Assembly: GCA_964016885.1 (NCBI GenBank)
Contig: OZ024740.1
Location: 270,692,001 to 270,756,000 of the forward strand
DNA from: Eledone cirrhosa
Lineage: Eukaryota
Length of the DNA stretch: 64,000 nucleotides
Direction of reading: 5' to 3'
Part shown: piece after piece, positions 23,071-36,678 of the stretch
Layout of the letters: each line of letters begins with the position of its first letter
How positions within the stretch are numbered: position 1 is the stretch's first letter
Translations under genes and position numbers: made by a program
The notes under the pieces: generated by a model
What the model was told of the DNA's origin: nothing
What the model saw: only the letters and a program-made list of their open reading frames with translations
Database searches by the model: none

Positions 23071-25980
23071 AAAAAATGAGTAGTTAGTCAGATTTATTAT
23101 AACTGCAGTATAAATTATATTGATAATCTTAAATGAAAGAAAGAAAAAATGAGTAGTTAGTCAGATTTATTATAACTGCAGTATAAATTATATTGATAAT
23201 TGTAAATGAAAGAAAGAAAAAATGAGTAGTTAGTCAGATTTATTATAACTGCAGTATAAATTATATTGATAATTGTAAATGAAAGAAAGAAAAAATGAGT
23301 AGTTAGTCATATTTATTATAACTGCAGTATAAATTATATTGATAATTGTAAATGAAAGAAAGAAAAAATGAGTAGTTAGTCATATTTATTATAACTGCAA
23401 TATAAATTATATTGATAATTGTAAATGAAAGAAAGAAAAAATGAGTAGTTAGTCATATTTATTATAACTGCAGTATAAATTATATTGATAATTGTAAATG
23501 AAAGAAAGAAAAAATGAGTAGTTAGTCAGATTTATTATAACTGCAGTATAAATTATATTGATAATCTTAAATGAAAGAAAGAAAAAATGAGTAGTTAGTC
23601 AGATTTATTATAACTGCAGTATAAATTATATTGATAATTGTAAATGAAAGAAAGAAAAAATGAGTAGTTAGTCATATTTATTATAACTGCAGTATAAATT
23701 ATATTGATAATTGTAAATGAAAGAAAGAAAAAATGAGTAGTTAGTCATATTTATTATAACTGCAGTATAAATTATATTGATAATTGTAAATGAAAGAAAG
23801 AAAAAATGAGTAGTTAGTCATATTTATTATAACTGCAGTATAAATTATATTGATAATTGTAAATGAAAGAAAGAAAAAATGAGTAGTTAGTCATATTTAT
23901 TATAACTGCAGTATAAATTATATTGATAATCTTAAATGAAAGAAAGAAAAAATGAGTAGTTAGTCAGATTTATTATAACTGCAGTATAAATTATATTGAT
24001 AATTGTAAATGAAAGAAAGAAAAAATGAGTAGTTAGTCAGATTTATTATAACTGCAGTATAAATTATATTGATAATTGTAAATGAAAGAAAGAAAAAATG
24101 AGTAGTTAGTCATATTTATTATAACTGCAGTATAAATTATATTGATAATCTTAAATGAAAGAAAGAAAAAATGAGTAGTTAGTCATATTTATTATAACTG
24201 CAGTATAAATTATATTGATAATTGTAAATGAAAGAAAGAAAAAATGAGTAGTTAGTCAGATTTATTATAACTGCAGTATAAATTATATTGATAATTGTAA
24301 ATGAAAGAAAGAAAAAAATGAGTAGTTAGTCATATTTATTATAACTGCAGTATAAATTATATTGATAATTGTAAATGAAAGAAAGAAAAAATGAGTAGTT
24401 AGTCAGATTTATTATAACTGCAGTATAAATTATATTGATAATTGTAAATGAAAGAAAGAAAAAATGAGTAGTTAGTCAGATTTATTATAACTACAGTATA
24501 AATTATATTGATAATTGTAAATGAAAGAAAGAAAAAATGAGTAGTTAGTCATATTTATTATAACTGCAGTATAAATTATATTGATAATTGTAAATGAAAG
24601 AAAGAAAAAATGAGTAGTTAGTCATATTTATTATAACTGCAATATAAATTATATTGATAATTGTAAATGAAAGAAAGAAAAAATGAGTAGTTAGTCAGAT
24701 TTATTATAACTGCAGTATAAATTATATTGATAAGTGTAAATGAAAGAAAGAAAAAATGAGTAGTTAGTCATATTTATTATAACTGCAGTATAAATTATAT
24801 TGATAATCTTAAATGAAAGAAAGAAAAAATGAGTAGTTAGTCAGATTTATTATAACTGCAGTATAAATTATATTGATAATTGTAAATGAAAGAAAGAAAA
24901 AATGAGTAGTTAGTCAGATTTATTATAACTGCAGTATAAATTATATTGATAATTGTAAATGAAAGAAAGAAAAAATGAGTAGTTAGTCATATTTATTATA
25001 ACTGCAGTATAAATTATATTGATAATCTTAAATGAAAGAAAGAAAAAATGAGTAGTTAGTCAGATTTATTATAACTGCAGTATAAATTATATTGATAATT
25101 GTAAATGAAAGAAAGAAAAAATGAGTAGTTAGTCATATTTATTATAACTGCAGTATAAATTATATTGATAATCTTAAATGAAAGAAAGAAAAAATGAGTA
25201 GTTAGTCAGATTTATTATAACTGCAGTATAAATTATATTGATAATTGTAAATGAAAGAAAGAAAAAATGAGTAGTTAGTCAGATTTATTATAACTGCAGT
25301 ATAAATTATATTGATAATCTTAAATGAAAGAAAGAAAAAATGAGTAGTTAGTCATATTTATTATAACTGCAGTATAAATTATATTGATAATCTTAAATGA
25401 AAGAAAGAAAAAATGAGTAGTTAGTCATATTTATTATAACTGCAGTATAAATTATATTGATAATTGTAAATGAAAGAAAGAAAAAATGAGTAGTTAGTCA
25501 TATTTATTATAACTGCAGTATAAATTATATTGATAATCTTAAATGAAAGAAAGAAAAAATGAGTAGTTAGTCATATTTATTATAACTGCAGTATAAATTA
25601 TATTGATAATCTTAAATGAAAGAAAGAAAAAATGAGTAGTTAGTCATATTTATTATAACTGCAGTATAAATTATATTGATAATTGTAAATGAAAGAAAGA
25701 AAAAATGAGTAGTTAGTCAGATTTATTATAACTGCAGTATGGCAGTGGATTGGCAGTATCGGTAGAGGGTCGGACGTCATGCTTTACAGCAGAGTTACGT
25801 CCCTTAACGTTCTGAGTTCAAATCCCGCCAAGGTTAACTTTGCCTTTCATCCTTACGGGGTCGATAAAATAAAGTACCAGTAATACACTGGGATAATTGC
25901 TGGCCTTGTGCCAAAAGTAGAAACAATTATAACTGTAGTATAAATTATATTGATAATTGTAAATGAAAGAAAGAAAAAAA
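23071..25980. repeat. 73-bp tandem satellite, about 37 copies
   Basis: Unit AAAAAATGAGTAGTTAGTCA(G/T)ATTTATTATAACTGCAGTATAAATTATATTGATAAT(TG/CT)TAAATGAAAGAAAG; period 73 (TGAG at 23077, 23150...). Confidence 0.97.
25741..25925 (+). mobile_element. SINE (same family as 14484) inserted in the last satellite unit
   Basis: TSD ATTATAACTG(C/T)AGTAT at 25725-25740 and 25926-25941. Confidence 0.88.
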
Positions 25981-26850
25981 CAAGCTTGATATGGACCTTT
26001 GAATTTTACCAGTGTGGTTAGTAAAAGATCTCCTCGTATAAAGTCAACATTGTTGAAATCATATATTCATGTTTTTATTTTCTAGAAAATTAATTTGACT
26101 TTCATAATACCAGTTGCCATAAATAAGTGACTATTTAATACTATTCAAGTAATACAGTGATGCACATGTAAACTACTGTTCAAATGTGGACTTTTAAATA
26201 TTTCTATTTTCATTTCTATTATGCCATTTAAAAAACAAGGGTTTTAAGTCTTGGCAATCTGATTTTCAGACTCTTGGCAATTATTTTTGGCTTTTAATTC
26301 AAACCAGATGTTTGCTTTTTTTAAAGTTTAAATCTTAAATTGAAATACAAGCTATTACGTTTTCTGAAAGTGAAAGAAATTGTTTTAAACCATTCCATAA
26401 ATTGTTTTGACACTATTCAGGTAGTGTCTATTTATAGTATAAATTTCTGTCCAGAAAAAAAAGAAAAAAGTGTTTCATTGCTACCAATGTCAGTTTTATT
26501 TCTGAGTGCTTGGTGTCAACAATCACGAGCAAAATTTTACTATAATTAGTTGGACAATGGGTTGTTTCCTCATCCAGTGCACACTGTAAAGTGGTCATGT
26601 AGGTGTCATGACAAAAAGTGCCCAGTCCACACTGGGAATTGGTCATGTAGGTGTCACAACAAAAAGCATCCACTCCACACTGTAGCATTAGGATATAAAA
26701 TGTAAAATGAAAATGGAAAAAACAAGATGTACATAGTTACTGTTTAAATACTGCTACATATTTAGTGTGTATATAGGATGCTACTTCTTAAACTTTTACT
26801 TATAGCAAATAACACAAAGGCATTCCAGATATATTCATTCAACCACTACA

Positions 26851-27160
26851 TCATTTAGTAAATATGGATGTCAAGGCAGGGAGGGAGTCAGTGGGTTTGT
26901 AGAAGATGAAGGCAGAGTGGGTGTGGTGAGTATGGTCAATACAAAAGTCAAGAAATTGGACAGAAGAATCAGAGACAGAGGGCAGGATGAATAGACTGGA
27001 CGAAAGAAAGAAAGGAGTTGAGCTATTCATGGGTGAGAGGGAGGTGGCAACAATACAATTGTTGATAAAACGATTGTATAACTCAGGGATGAGTCCAGTG
27101 TACTGGGAAAAGATCTGGGCCTCAATGTAGCCAATGAACAAGTTGGCATAGTCAGGCTAT
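26851..27160 (-). pseudogene. Penelope-like RT relic
   Basis: ANLFIGYIE...YNRFINN...VQFLDF...FYKPTDS correspond to PLE RT motifs (RYIDD, FLD, YKPTD). Confidence 0.65.
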
Positions 27161-27164
27161 ATCC

Positions 27165-27430
27165 ATCATTATTAGCATTGTTTAACGTCTATTTTTCATG
27201 CTACCATGGGTTAGACAAGTTGTCCCACTGTAAGACAAACAAAATCAGATGATTGTATCTTGCTCATATGGAACTGATTCTAGCTTGGTTTCTACAGCTA
27301 GATGCCCTTCCTAATGCCAACCACATTTACAGTGTGTACTGGGAGCGTTTTATCGTGACACCAAAATGTCCACTTTACAGTATGGGCTGGACACTTTTCG
27401 TTGTGACACCCACACAGCCACTTTACTATA
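27165..27430 (-). mobile_element. RTE family-B-type 3' UTR fragment
   Basis: tttaacgtctatttttcatgctaccatgggttagac...gatgcccttcctaatgccaaccacatttacag. Confidence 0.7.
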
Positions 27431-28288
27431 TATCTGTTATTAATTGTCACTTTTTTCTCAAATCTCTGCTTTTACTTTGTCAATATTTCTTTATCACTTT
27501 CCCTACTATTATTCTCTCATCATTAGCAATTGGATGTGTATTTGTGTGTCTGTCTCTCTTTCTCCCGATCTCTTTACCTATTCCCCCATTTTGCATTTTC
27601 TCTCTCTTATATTGTTAGGCATCATCATATCTCTATTTCTCTCCTCCCCCCTCTCTCTCTCTTCCACTCATTCTCTCAAGAATGGAAAGAGACAACTGCA
27701 AAACAAAATTGCCAGATTTCTTTATATATATGAACACAGAAAAATAAGATTTGAATTTACTATATATTACTGTATTGTACATCAAAATAAATGCTTCAAG
27801 TACTTGTCCAGTGGAGTGGAGAACAATAATGTATATTCTTTGTGGGTGTTCATTTCCTATTTTCTGGGTATAAGGCAAACACACATACAGACAACTATCA
27901 TTTATATATATATATAGAGAGAGAGATTTCAATTGTTTCTATGTTGCATGCTACTCTATGTAAATATACTTTTAGTATTTCATGAAGTTTTGCATAATAT
28001 GAGTAATGCCTAATTTTTAGATATTATATAGTTGGAGTTGATTCTTGTATCATTATTTTTAAATGTTTTATATATTTTTAGTGCTCTTACGGCTACTGGT
28101 TACTCACATTTTAGATGTTTCTATTTCTAACTTTTTATATCTAAACAGTTTTCCCCCTTATTTTAGTCAAATTTATTTTCATATCTTGCAATAGAAATAT
28201 TTATAAGAAGGCAATTTTTTCTTTCTCTGCAAATTTCTATTATTAAAACCCTGAATGGTTTGTCATTACCTCTTTGTCAATAAATACA

Positions 28289-28315
28289 GCCTTTTGGCTA
28301 AGATCAAAGTGTAGT
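28289..28315 (+). pseudogene. U2 snRNA 5' fragment
   Basis: GCCTTTTGGCTAAGATCAAAGTGTAGT matches U2 nt ~12-38, including the start of the branch-point recognition sequence. Confidence 0.75.
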
Positions 28316-28780
28316 TCCATAGTATTATAATTCTTATTTTCAGTCGCTATAAATGCCATGCATTTCTACCAATTGCTTTCTATGATAATTTTGTAGCATT
28401 GGCTGGGTATGTTGTTGTATCTGCTGTTGTATTCAGGTTTTTACTATGACTAAGTATTCTGATATAGTCTGGTTAATTGTGTCTCTGTGATCTCGTATGT
28501 GACAATCATCACAAATACATCTTTGCAAACATATTTCATGCAATATTTGATGGTTTCCTGTTAATATTGGACTGCTATTTGGTGGTCATCAGTATTAGCA
28601 TTTAAACATGAATCCCAGTGCCAGGGTTATAATTCTTGTAATCTAGTATTTTGGTCTTTGATGTAGGAATTATGAAACAAACACTCTTTTTTATCACTGT
28701 ATTTATTACATTCATTTCCAAGTGCATTTTTTTTTTTTCTCCTTTAATCCTTTTACAATAAAATTAAGTATATTTCCATA

Positions 28781-28955
28781 TGAGGGTCAACTAAAAAGTT
28801 CTTAGGCTGACCGAGATACTCTCAATGGAGTGACCAGATGAAGTTTATTTTTCAACATAGTCCCTGGAAAGAAACATTGAAATTAATGTATGAAGTTTTC
28901 ACAGCCCTAGCATCACTCATTCATAGTTAGCCTATGAACTTTTCAGCCAACTGTC
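28781..28955. mobile_element. mariner-type MITE
   Basis: TA|TGAGGGTCAACTAAAAAGTTCTTAGGCTGAC ... GTTAGCCTATGAACTTTTCAGCCAACTGTCA|TA, imperfect TIRs. Confidence 0.6.
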
Positions 28956-29264
28956 ATATGTTAAATGTATGATTATTTCATACATTATGTAACAAGCAGT
29001 CCAACATTGGCATTATTTAATGAAAGAGTGCATAACTAATTTATATTGTGTATATTTTATGTCATGGATTAGTTGCAGGTAGAATAGCAATTCCCATGAT
29101 ATTTTAGCAGAGTTACTAAGATCTTGTTTTCCTCAAGTTAGAAAAGATACCAGTCCATTTGGTATTTATATGTTCTATTTGACCTTCGAACCCAAAATAA
29201 TCTTTGTTTACATACATAAAAATAACTTATAATTTCTGAATTTATCACTAGTTACATTCTAAAG

Positions 29265-29540
29265 TCTCTCGAGATAGGTGGCCCATCAGGCCAGTGTTTA
29301 TCCTGATTTCCATGCCATGAAGCGACTAAGAGTAAAAGACTCCCAACTGGACAGGATGCTAATCCATCATAGGGTTAAACCCCCAGTTATTGCTGGTATT
29401 CATTTTCAGCTGAGTATACTGGAGAAATGTGAAATGAGGTGTTTTGCTCAAAAACACAACACCCAACACAATCCAGGAATCGAACCACAACATTATGATT
29501 GTAAGTCCAACACCCTTACCACTAGGCTACATGCCTCCAC
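29265..29540 (-). mobile_element. tRNA-derived SINE
   Basis: Reverse complement of ggaggcatgtagcctagtggtaagggtgttggac...ggttcgattcc. Confidence 0.7.
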
Positions 29541-31379
29541 ACTAGTCACATTAACAATTACCTAAACACTTCCACTTGCCAGCCTAATTGAAGTTTGTGT
29601 CTGCTAATGATGTTACTCAAAATTAATAATTTGAAGACCCCAAATTCAAAAATGGCAAGGCCTTCTTTGGGCTTACCCATGCTTCCATGAACTATAAACT
29701 GCATTAGGTTTATTAAGTGCTCTGTGAGAGGACCATTCTTATGACCTTTAGGGGACTAAAATTAAGTTGGTATAGCTAGATATTTCAATAATTAAATATT
29801 TTATAGCCTCTCTTTCTCTCTTTCTTTCTATACTGGTTTATTCATCTTGAAAAAAGATAATCCCTGAATAATATCAAGCTGTGTAGTCAATAAATGTTGG
29901 TAGAGCTCCATACTCAGGGAATATAAGCTGTTATTGTTCTCCTATAATAAATCTATTGATAATATTTTTCAGCTTAAACAAAAAGATAGGAAATGTTGGA
30001 AGTATTTTGTAGTTCATTTTACACCTCTTTACATGTGTATGTGTGTGATTGTATGGCCATTTATTTATGAAATAACATATATTTCATATTATTTGTGTAT
30101 GAAAATTCCAATGTTTGCATTTATGACAAATGTTATGTGTGCAAATTATGCTATTATATGTCTTTATACAATGTGTATGTATACATATATTAATATTTAG
30201 AGAGTAATGTGTATATGTCTGTATATCATGTTTATGCCTAAAAAGCTTCATACAGAATCATAAATGGATTTTATTCACTGTCTTGCTTTGATATATATTT
30301 TTATATTGTTATAGTGTGGGGACATTGAAGAGTGGTAACATAAAACACAAAATACTAAAATAGATATTAAACTGAGAATGTGCAGATAGAGTTGGTGATA
30401 TGAAAATGTATAATAAAAGAAATGACAATATTGGTTCTAGTCATGATTGGAAATAAACAATGATGATAGCACTGTATTAACTCTCAGTTTCCAATTTTGG
30501 TGTAGTGGTAAATGCAATTTTGTGTGGGAAGCAAAATAAAAAAACATTATTGCATTTTTTTTTCCCATGATCAGCTATGAAATTTGGTGTGATTATATGT
30601 ATGTGCTTTTTAACAATTGAAGCATAACAAGGGAAATACTGACCATCAAAAGAACAGAGTGAAAAATTGAAGCATAGAAATCAACAACATCAGTAGTTGG
30701 TTTAGGTTGTTGTGGGGCCATATAGAAGGAAGTATATGGCCAACTAGTTAGATCATGTGGCTCAGTAATCACCTTTTTACCGGTTAAACATTCCAGGGGA
30801 TCAAAGTAATGAGAATATGTGTTGTTAAAGAAAAGGGGCATAACAAAAATATTAGGAATATCCAAGTTTGTAAAGCAGGCCAGATTAACTATCAGTCACC
30901 AGAACTATCAAGTTTACTGGTAAAGGTGAGAATATTGAAGACTTGTTGAGGACAGTATTAATTCTGTTTCCAGTTTCATGTAGTAAGTAGTAAATGTAAT
31001 TTTGTGTGGGACACAAAGAAAAGAAAATTGCTCATTTTTTCCCATGATCAACAATCAAGTTTATTGGTAAAGGTGAAAATAGTTGAGACTTGTTGAAATG
31101 TCAAGCAATTCTCTGGTCTTGAAGGGTCTATTCTCCCAGACTAATCTAATGAAAAGAATAGAAATGTTAGACTAGCGAGCTATAGAAAACTCAATGTCAT
31201 CATCATCATCATCGTTTAACATCCATTTTCCCACACTAGCATCGATTCAAATATTGATATTAGTGAGATGAAACTTATTAGCATTCCTCTGTAGTGACCA
31301 TTGTTGTGTTTAGAAATGCTCTTCTACATGTTATACTAATTATTGGACAGGGTAGTTGCTTCACACAAACTCAAACTTC

Positions 31380-32090
31380 ATTGTTTACCCTCTCTGTCTT
31401 TTGTACTGATACTACTACAAGTTTTACCTTTCTAAATCCTAATTCAGAAGAGCAGAAGTAGCATACATACCACATATACTCAAATATAAGCCAAGGAACA
31501 TATGGCAAAAAAAAAAAAAAATAAATGGTAAAATAACGAGTGGGGTGGCATTGGCCTATATACACCATCTAAACAATGTTTTGATTTGCTGCCCTAGCTT
31601 ATAAAGGGTGTTTGGATTTTCACCTATTTATCAGAGATAAAGTAGAGGTGGGTGGCCAGCTTATATTTGAGTATATATGGTAATTCATGCCTCAACCTCA
31701 GATTATTATTTTTTTCTTATTATTGGGACAGTGCAGTTGCTTTAGACAATCTCACAGATCATTGTTTCCCTTCTCTGTCTTTTATACTTTTACTTCAACA
31801 TCTTTTTCTCTCATGAATTAGGATTCAGAGGAGCACACAAGTTGCATACATACCATATATACTTAAATATAAGCTAAAGAATAGGTGACAAATAAAATCA
31901 ATGGTAAAATCAATGGTAAAATCAATGGTAAAATGGGAGGCTGGTTTAAATACACCATCCAAACAATGTGTAGATTAGCAGCCTTGGCTTATAAAGTGGG
32001 GGGTGGATTTTTGCCTACTTCTCATATATAAAATACAGGAGTTGTCTTATATTCAGATCAGCTTATATTCGAGTATATAGGGTAATTCAT
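31380..32090. mobile_element. two tandem pogo/Tigger-like MITEs (31468-31682, 31851-32084) within an old local duplication
   Basis: TACC..ATATACT.AAATATAAGC ... GCTTATATT.GAGTATATA.GGTA; the flanks 5' of both copies are also similar. Confidence 0.6.
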
Positions 32091-32600
32091 CCAAGCACAT
32101 ATATCACTTGTCTATTCACTTCTTCTCAACCATGTTATGTCTCACCTCATAGGCTCCACACTAAACACTTTGTTTGATCCTTCTTTCCCAGAAATTCTCT
32201 CCAACACCCACATTTTCCTACAGATGGTAAGCTACAGATATTCAAACTAAACATTAATCATATAGATCTCACCAGTCTAGTGTAATTATGTAAAGCATAT
32301 TCCATATGGTCCATTCCAAAGTTTGGCATGATATTATAAAATATAAATCAATTGAAATTAAATTTATATCTATCTCTTCATACAATGTATGATAAATTTT
32401 TAATTCAAAATATTTATGTTATGTGAATAGTAATGCATCACAAAATTTCTATTTGGTTATTCATGAAATTTTCTTCACATTTTTGCCACTTCTGGTGATA
32501 CATCTGTACAAGGCAACAAAGGAGATAAATACTGCCCTTTTTTTCTGATATCTAGCCAGTGAAAAAAATCATCTTACCATGATCATTATTAAATGCAGAG

Positions 32601-32805
32601 CGAATGGCAGAGTCATTAGAGCATCAGACGAATTCCTAGCAGTATTTGTTCCAGTTCTTTACATTCTGAGTCAAATCCTTATGGGGTCAGCTTTGCCTTT
32701 CATCCTTACAGCGTCCATTAATTAAGTACCAGTAATACACTGGGGTCAATTTAATCGACTTTCCCCTTCCTTTTAAGTTGCTGGTCATGTGCCAAATGTA
32801 GAAAC
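32601..32805 (+). mobile_element. SINE (Meta-like core), 17-bp TSD
   Basis: TSD CATTATTAAATGCAGAG at 32584-32600 and 32806-32822. Confidence 0.8.
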
Positions 32806-33480
32806 CATTATTAAATGCAGAGAATTTATTCAATATATTACGATATAGTGAATTCAGTTCATTTTATCAGCCTGCTAATTCTGCCTAAAAACTGAAAGAA
32901 TTGAATTTGTTTCCATTTGATATTTTAAGTTTTAAACTACGCTTTAACAATATGAAACTCATTCAGGCATTTATATCAATACTTTAGTGGTATTTCAGTA
33001 CAATTTCATGTTGATATGATGGTATTTGGTAGTTTAGTTGTTTTATATCAAAATGGTGGCCTTTCACTTCTACTTCACATCTACTTTATGGTATTTTTGT
33101 TCTGTTTCACATCTATACTATGGTATTTCACTTCTCTTTCACATTTAAAAAATGGTATTTTAGTTGTATTAGTATTATAGTTCTGCTTCACACTTGTTCA
33201 GCTACATGATTGAATTTAACTCTTGTTCCACATCTGTTTACTTGATGGTACTATAGGTCTGATTCATATTTATATGATTGTAGTATAGTTTTGTTTCCCA
33301 TCTATATGGTGATACTTTAGTTCTATTTCACATCCAAATTGCAATACTTCAATTCTGCTCACTCATATCAATGGCAGTTTCCCAGCATGACCTCAACCTG
33401 TCAGCTGGAACACAGAGTTAAATAGTATCTGGTTATGCCTTTTAGGAAACTGTTTTGAAATCATTACAGTCTTATCATAA

Positions 33481-34295
33481 TCTATAAAGCTCAGTGTGTG
33501 GTCATGCTCCTTCATTATAGAAATCTACGATATAGAATTTCTTCAATTGAAATTTACAATTCAGTATTCGAAATAGCTTCGATTGCATCTTGATGCAGAT
33601 AATCTTTTCAATTTCACCCACACTTACGCAAAAAAATAGATAAAACTCAATATTTTACGATTTTTCTCTCTCATTTAAACTGCTGAACTCTTTCTACTAC
33701 CATTCAAAATCTATACAACTTCATACTTTCTCTTTCCAAGCTTGATGGTGATACTATCCATTCACACCACTCCCTACTGTCTTAAATTTAGAAAACACAT
33801 ATCCTCTATGAGGTTACTAAACCTGCTAGAAACAGCAGCTAACTCTCCCCCATATCACACCCCTCCATACTGTCTTAAATTTAGAAAACATATCTTCTAT
33901 GAGGTCACTAAACCTGCTAGAAACAGCAGCTAACTCTCCCCCATATCACACCACTCCCTACTGTCTTAAATTTAGAAAACACATATCCTCTATGAGGTCA
34001 CTAAACCTGCTAGAAACAACAGCTAACTCTCCCTCATATCACAACCCTCCCTACTGTCTTAAATTTAGAAAACACACAGACAACCATGCAGAACAACTCC
34101 ATCGCAGCTCTGTTGTTCGGCTGGCATCGTCTACGCGCGTGTTGCGCAAGTACTGTGAAACAATAAATTTCAACACTTTTTTCCATAGGCGAAACTACAA
34201 TTGTCACTGCTGGCGCAGCTCATGCTTCCAGGTCTGCAATTCATTCACCCAGTGGTAACTTAATGACCCCGGGCAACGCTGGGCTTTAATGCTAG
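33481..34295 (+). mobile_element. non-autonomous Helitron
   Basis: A|TCTATAAAGC at the 5' end; subterminal hairpin CCCGGGCAACGCTGGG at 34268-34283; CTAG|T at the 3' end. The 5' boundary is less certain than the 3' end. Confidence 0.65.
33764..34075. repeat. ~91-92-bp tandem repeat, about 3.4 copies
   Basis: cacaccactccctactgtcttaaatttagaaaacacatatcctctatgagg...aacctgctagaaacagcagc repeats in tandem. Confidence 0.9.
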
Positions 34296-35099
34296 TGTTA
34301 TATATAATCATCTCTAGCCATTATACCGATATAATAAATTCAATCTGATACAAATTTCACAATAAGGACATGCAAATTATAACCCTGTTTAAAGAAGCTT
34401 ATATTTTATTAAATAATTTGTTGATGATAGTAGCATAACTATTTGTATACCATAGCAATAGACATTGAAAAAAATAGGCAGAGAAAAATTATTTTTTTGT
34501 TCTGTGAATTATATGTACACTTCCATTAGATGGCAGCACTCTTAAATCCTCTTTCTACAGTGTTTCAAATGCTTTAGCTACAAAGTGAATGGCTAAGTAT
34601 TTTACAGATGGAATTTAAACAAACTTAATTTGGGTTTTAAACCTGCTAGAACAGGAGAAATGATTTGAAAAGCAGTAAAAGGTGAAATAAGTAAATTCAT
34701 TCATTATGTATCAGATGAGTAACATTATTATATCTTATATAGAAGGGCAATGGATTGGCAGAATCAGCTGAGCATACGTCAACTTGATGGATGTCTGAAC
34801 TGTTCTCTCTTTGCAGCATTTCTCTGTTGCAGTTTACACTATCTCTTGTTTTATTTCAGTTATAAGAATTTTGTTTATATATATCTAGTCATACTGCTTT
34901 TGTTTGTTAATTTCTGCTTCTCATCAAAAGACATGTAATTGTTTTATCTGTTTCCATGTCATTACATTGTCACACATGTATCTTTTCAGCTGGTCAGTCT
35001 TCCAATCCATAGTGTAATGTGTTGTAATACAGTCCTACATCCTTCTTCTTCCTCTTCTTACATCTACCTCCTTTCTTCTGATGACTGAATGCTGAAGCT

Positions 35100-35850
35100 G
35101 TAGAAAGTGTCTGACAAAGAGAAGTGGGGATATTATCAAGACCAATTTAGCTGATGAACAGTGTGGTTTTTACCCCAGATGCAGTACAGCTGACCAAATA
35201 TTCACATTGCAGCAGCTATTTGAGAAATCATGGGAGTATGGCCAAGAGGTGTATGCTTGTTTCGTAAACCTCAAATAGGCATATGACCTCATTCACTGAG
35301 ACCTGTTGTGAAAGATTCTGCATGTGAATCATGTGTATTGGATTGATGGACAGCTTTGTGTTGCCCTGATGTCTCTATATGAATGCTCTAGTATGTGTTT
35401 GGATAAATGGTGCTAAACCAAAACTAAGTTGAAACATTCAATGTGCGTACCAGAGTCTATCAAGCATGCATACTGTCACCTCTCTTGTTCATAATCTTCA
35501 CAAAAAAGATTGACATGTTGGAAATGGTATCAAGACTGGTGGGTGTAAGATCAGTCAACTGGAATTTGAAGATGACACAGTATAACTTAACTCATCAGAA
35601 GGTGATCTCTTATATGCACTTGATAGGTTTGCTGCCAAGTGTTGCATGGTGGGAATGAAAATCAGTGCTGTGAAGACTGAGACACTTGTCCTCTCAAGGA
35701 AGCCTGTGCAGTGCACTCTGTATGTGAGTGGAGTTCCACTGAAGCAGAATAAGTTCAACTATCTCTGGGTTGTCTTGGAGTAATGGAAGGCAGGAGGCCT
35801 GAATTAAGTGCAAGAATTGGAGGAGCTGGTGCAGTAATGTGCAGTTCCAC
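35100..35850 (+). pseudogene. old RTE-like RT relic
   Basis: DEQCGFYPRCSTADQIFTLQQLFEKSWEYGQEVYACFVNLK*AYD and QACILSPLLF. Confidence 0.7.
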
Positions 35851-36678
35851 ATTTATGTGTAAATTGTGTTTTAAGGTTGTGGCTGAATGCTCTATCAATG
35901 TATTTCATTCATCTTATGTAGTATCTTTTCTGTGCATAAGTTTTATAATATTTATTATATATAACACTACAGCCTCCTTTTGACCAACTACTGTGTTTTA
36001 CATATCTGACCTTAACTAACTTTCCCCCTTACTTTCTTTTTTCGCTCTCTTTCATTTATTTTTTACTTGTCATTCCTTTTTCTTCTAATTTCCTCCTCTT
36101 CCTTTTTCCAATGCATGCTCAGCCCCACTCACTATTTCTACATCCCATCCTTCTTCCTTTCATCCCTTAACATTGACACTGTAGACTTTCTGTTGCTTAC
36201 TCTACTTGTATCCTTTGGTCGAAAGTCTATATTTTTCTCTTTTTCTAACATTAGCCTGTTGCACAATTCACACCAGTTATCTCTTGCATTTCAGTTATAA
36301 AACATTTATTTATTTATTCCTAGTCATAATATTTTTGTTTCCAGTTGAAAGACACATAATCTTTACATTTTTTTGTTAATGTTATATTGACTTACATGTA
36401 TTTTTTCAGCAAGTCAGTCTTCCCATCAATTCTGTTTTTATACAGTCCCACATTTATGCAAAGGGCTGCATTGAAGGTTGTAGCCAAAGAAGTCTATAAA
36501 TGCTGTTCATCTTTCCTACATATCGCATTTTCCATGTGCAAATGTATGTATGTGTATAGGAATATATGTATGTGTGTACCTGTGTATGTGTATATTTATA
36601 TATATCATCATCATCATCGTTTAATGTCCATCTTCCACAATTCTTTGACTTTTTGTGTTCACCCTGGGTGGAAATATA

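Noticed and set aside
23071-25740. CRISPR-like array
   Set aside because: Units are contiguous with no unique spacers, there are no cas genes, and the context is eukaryotic: it is a satellite.
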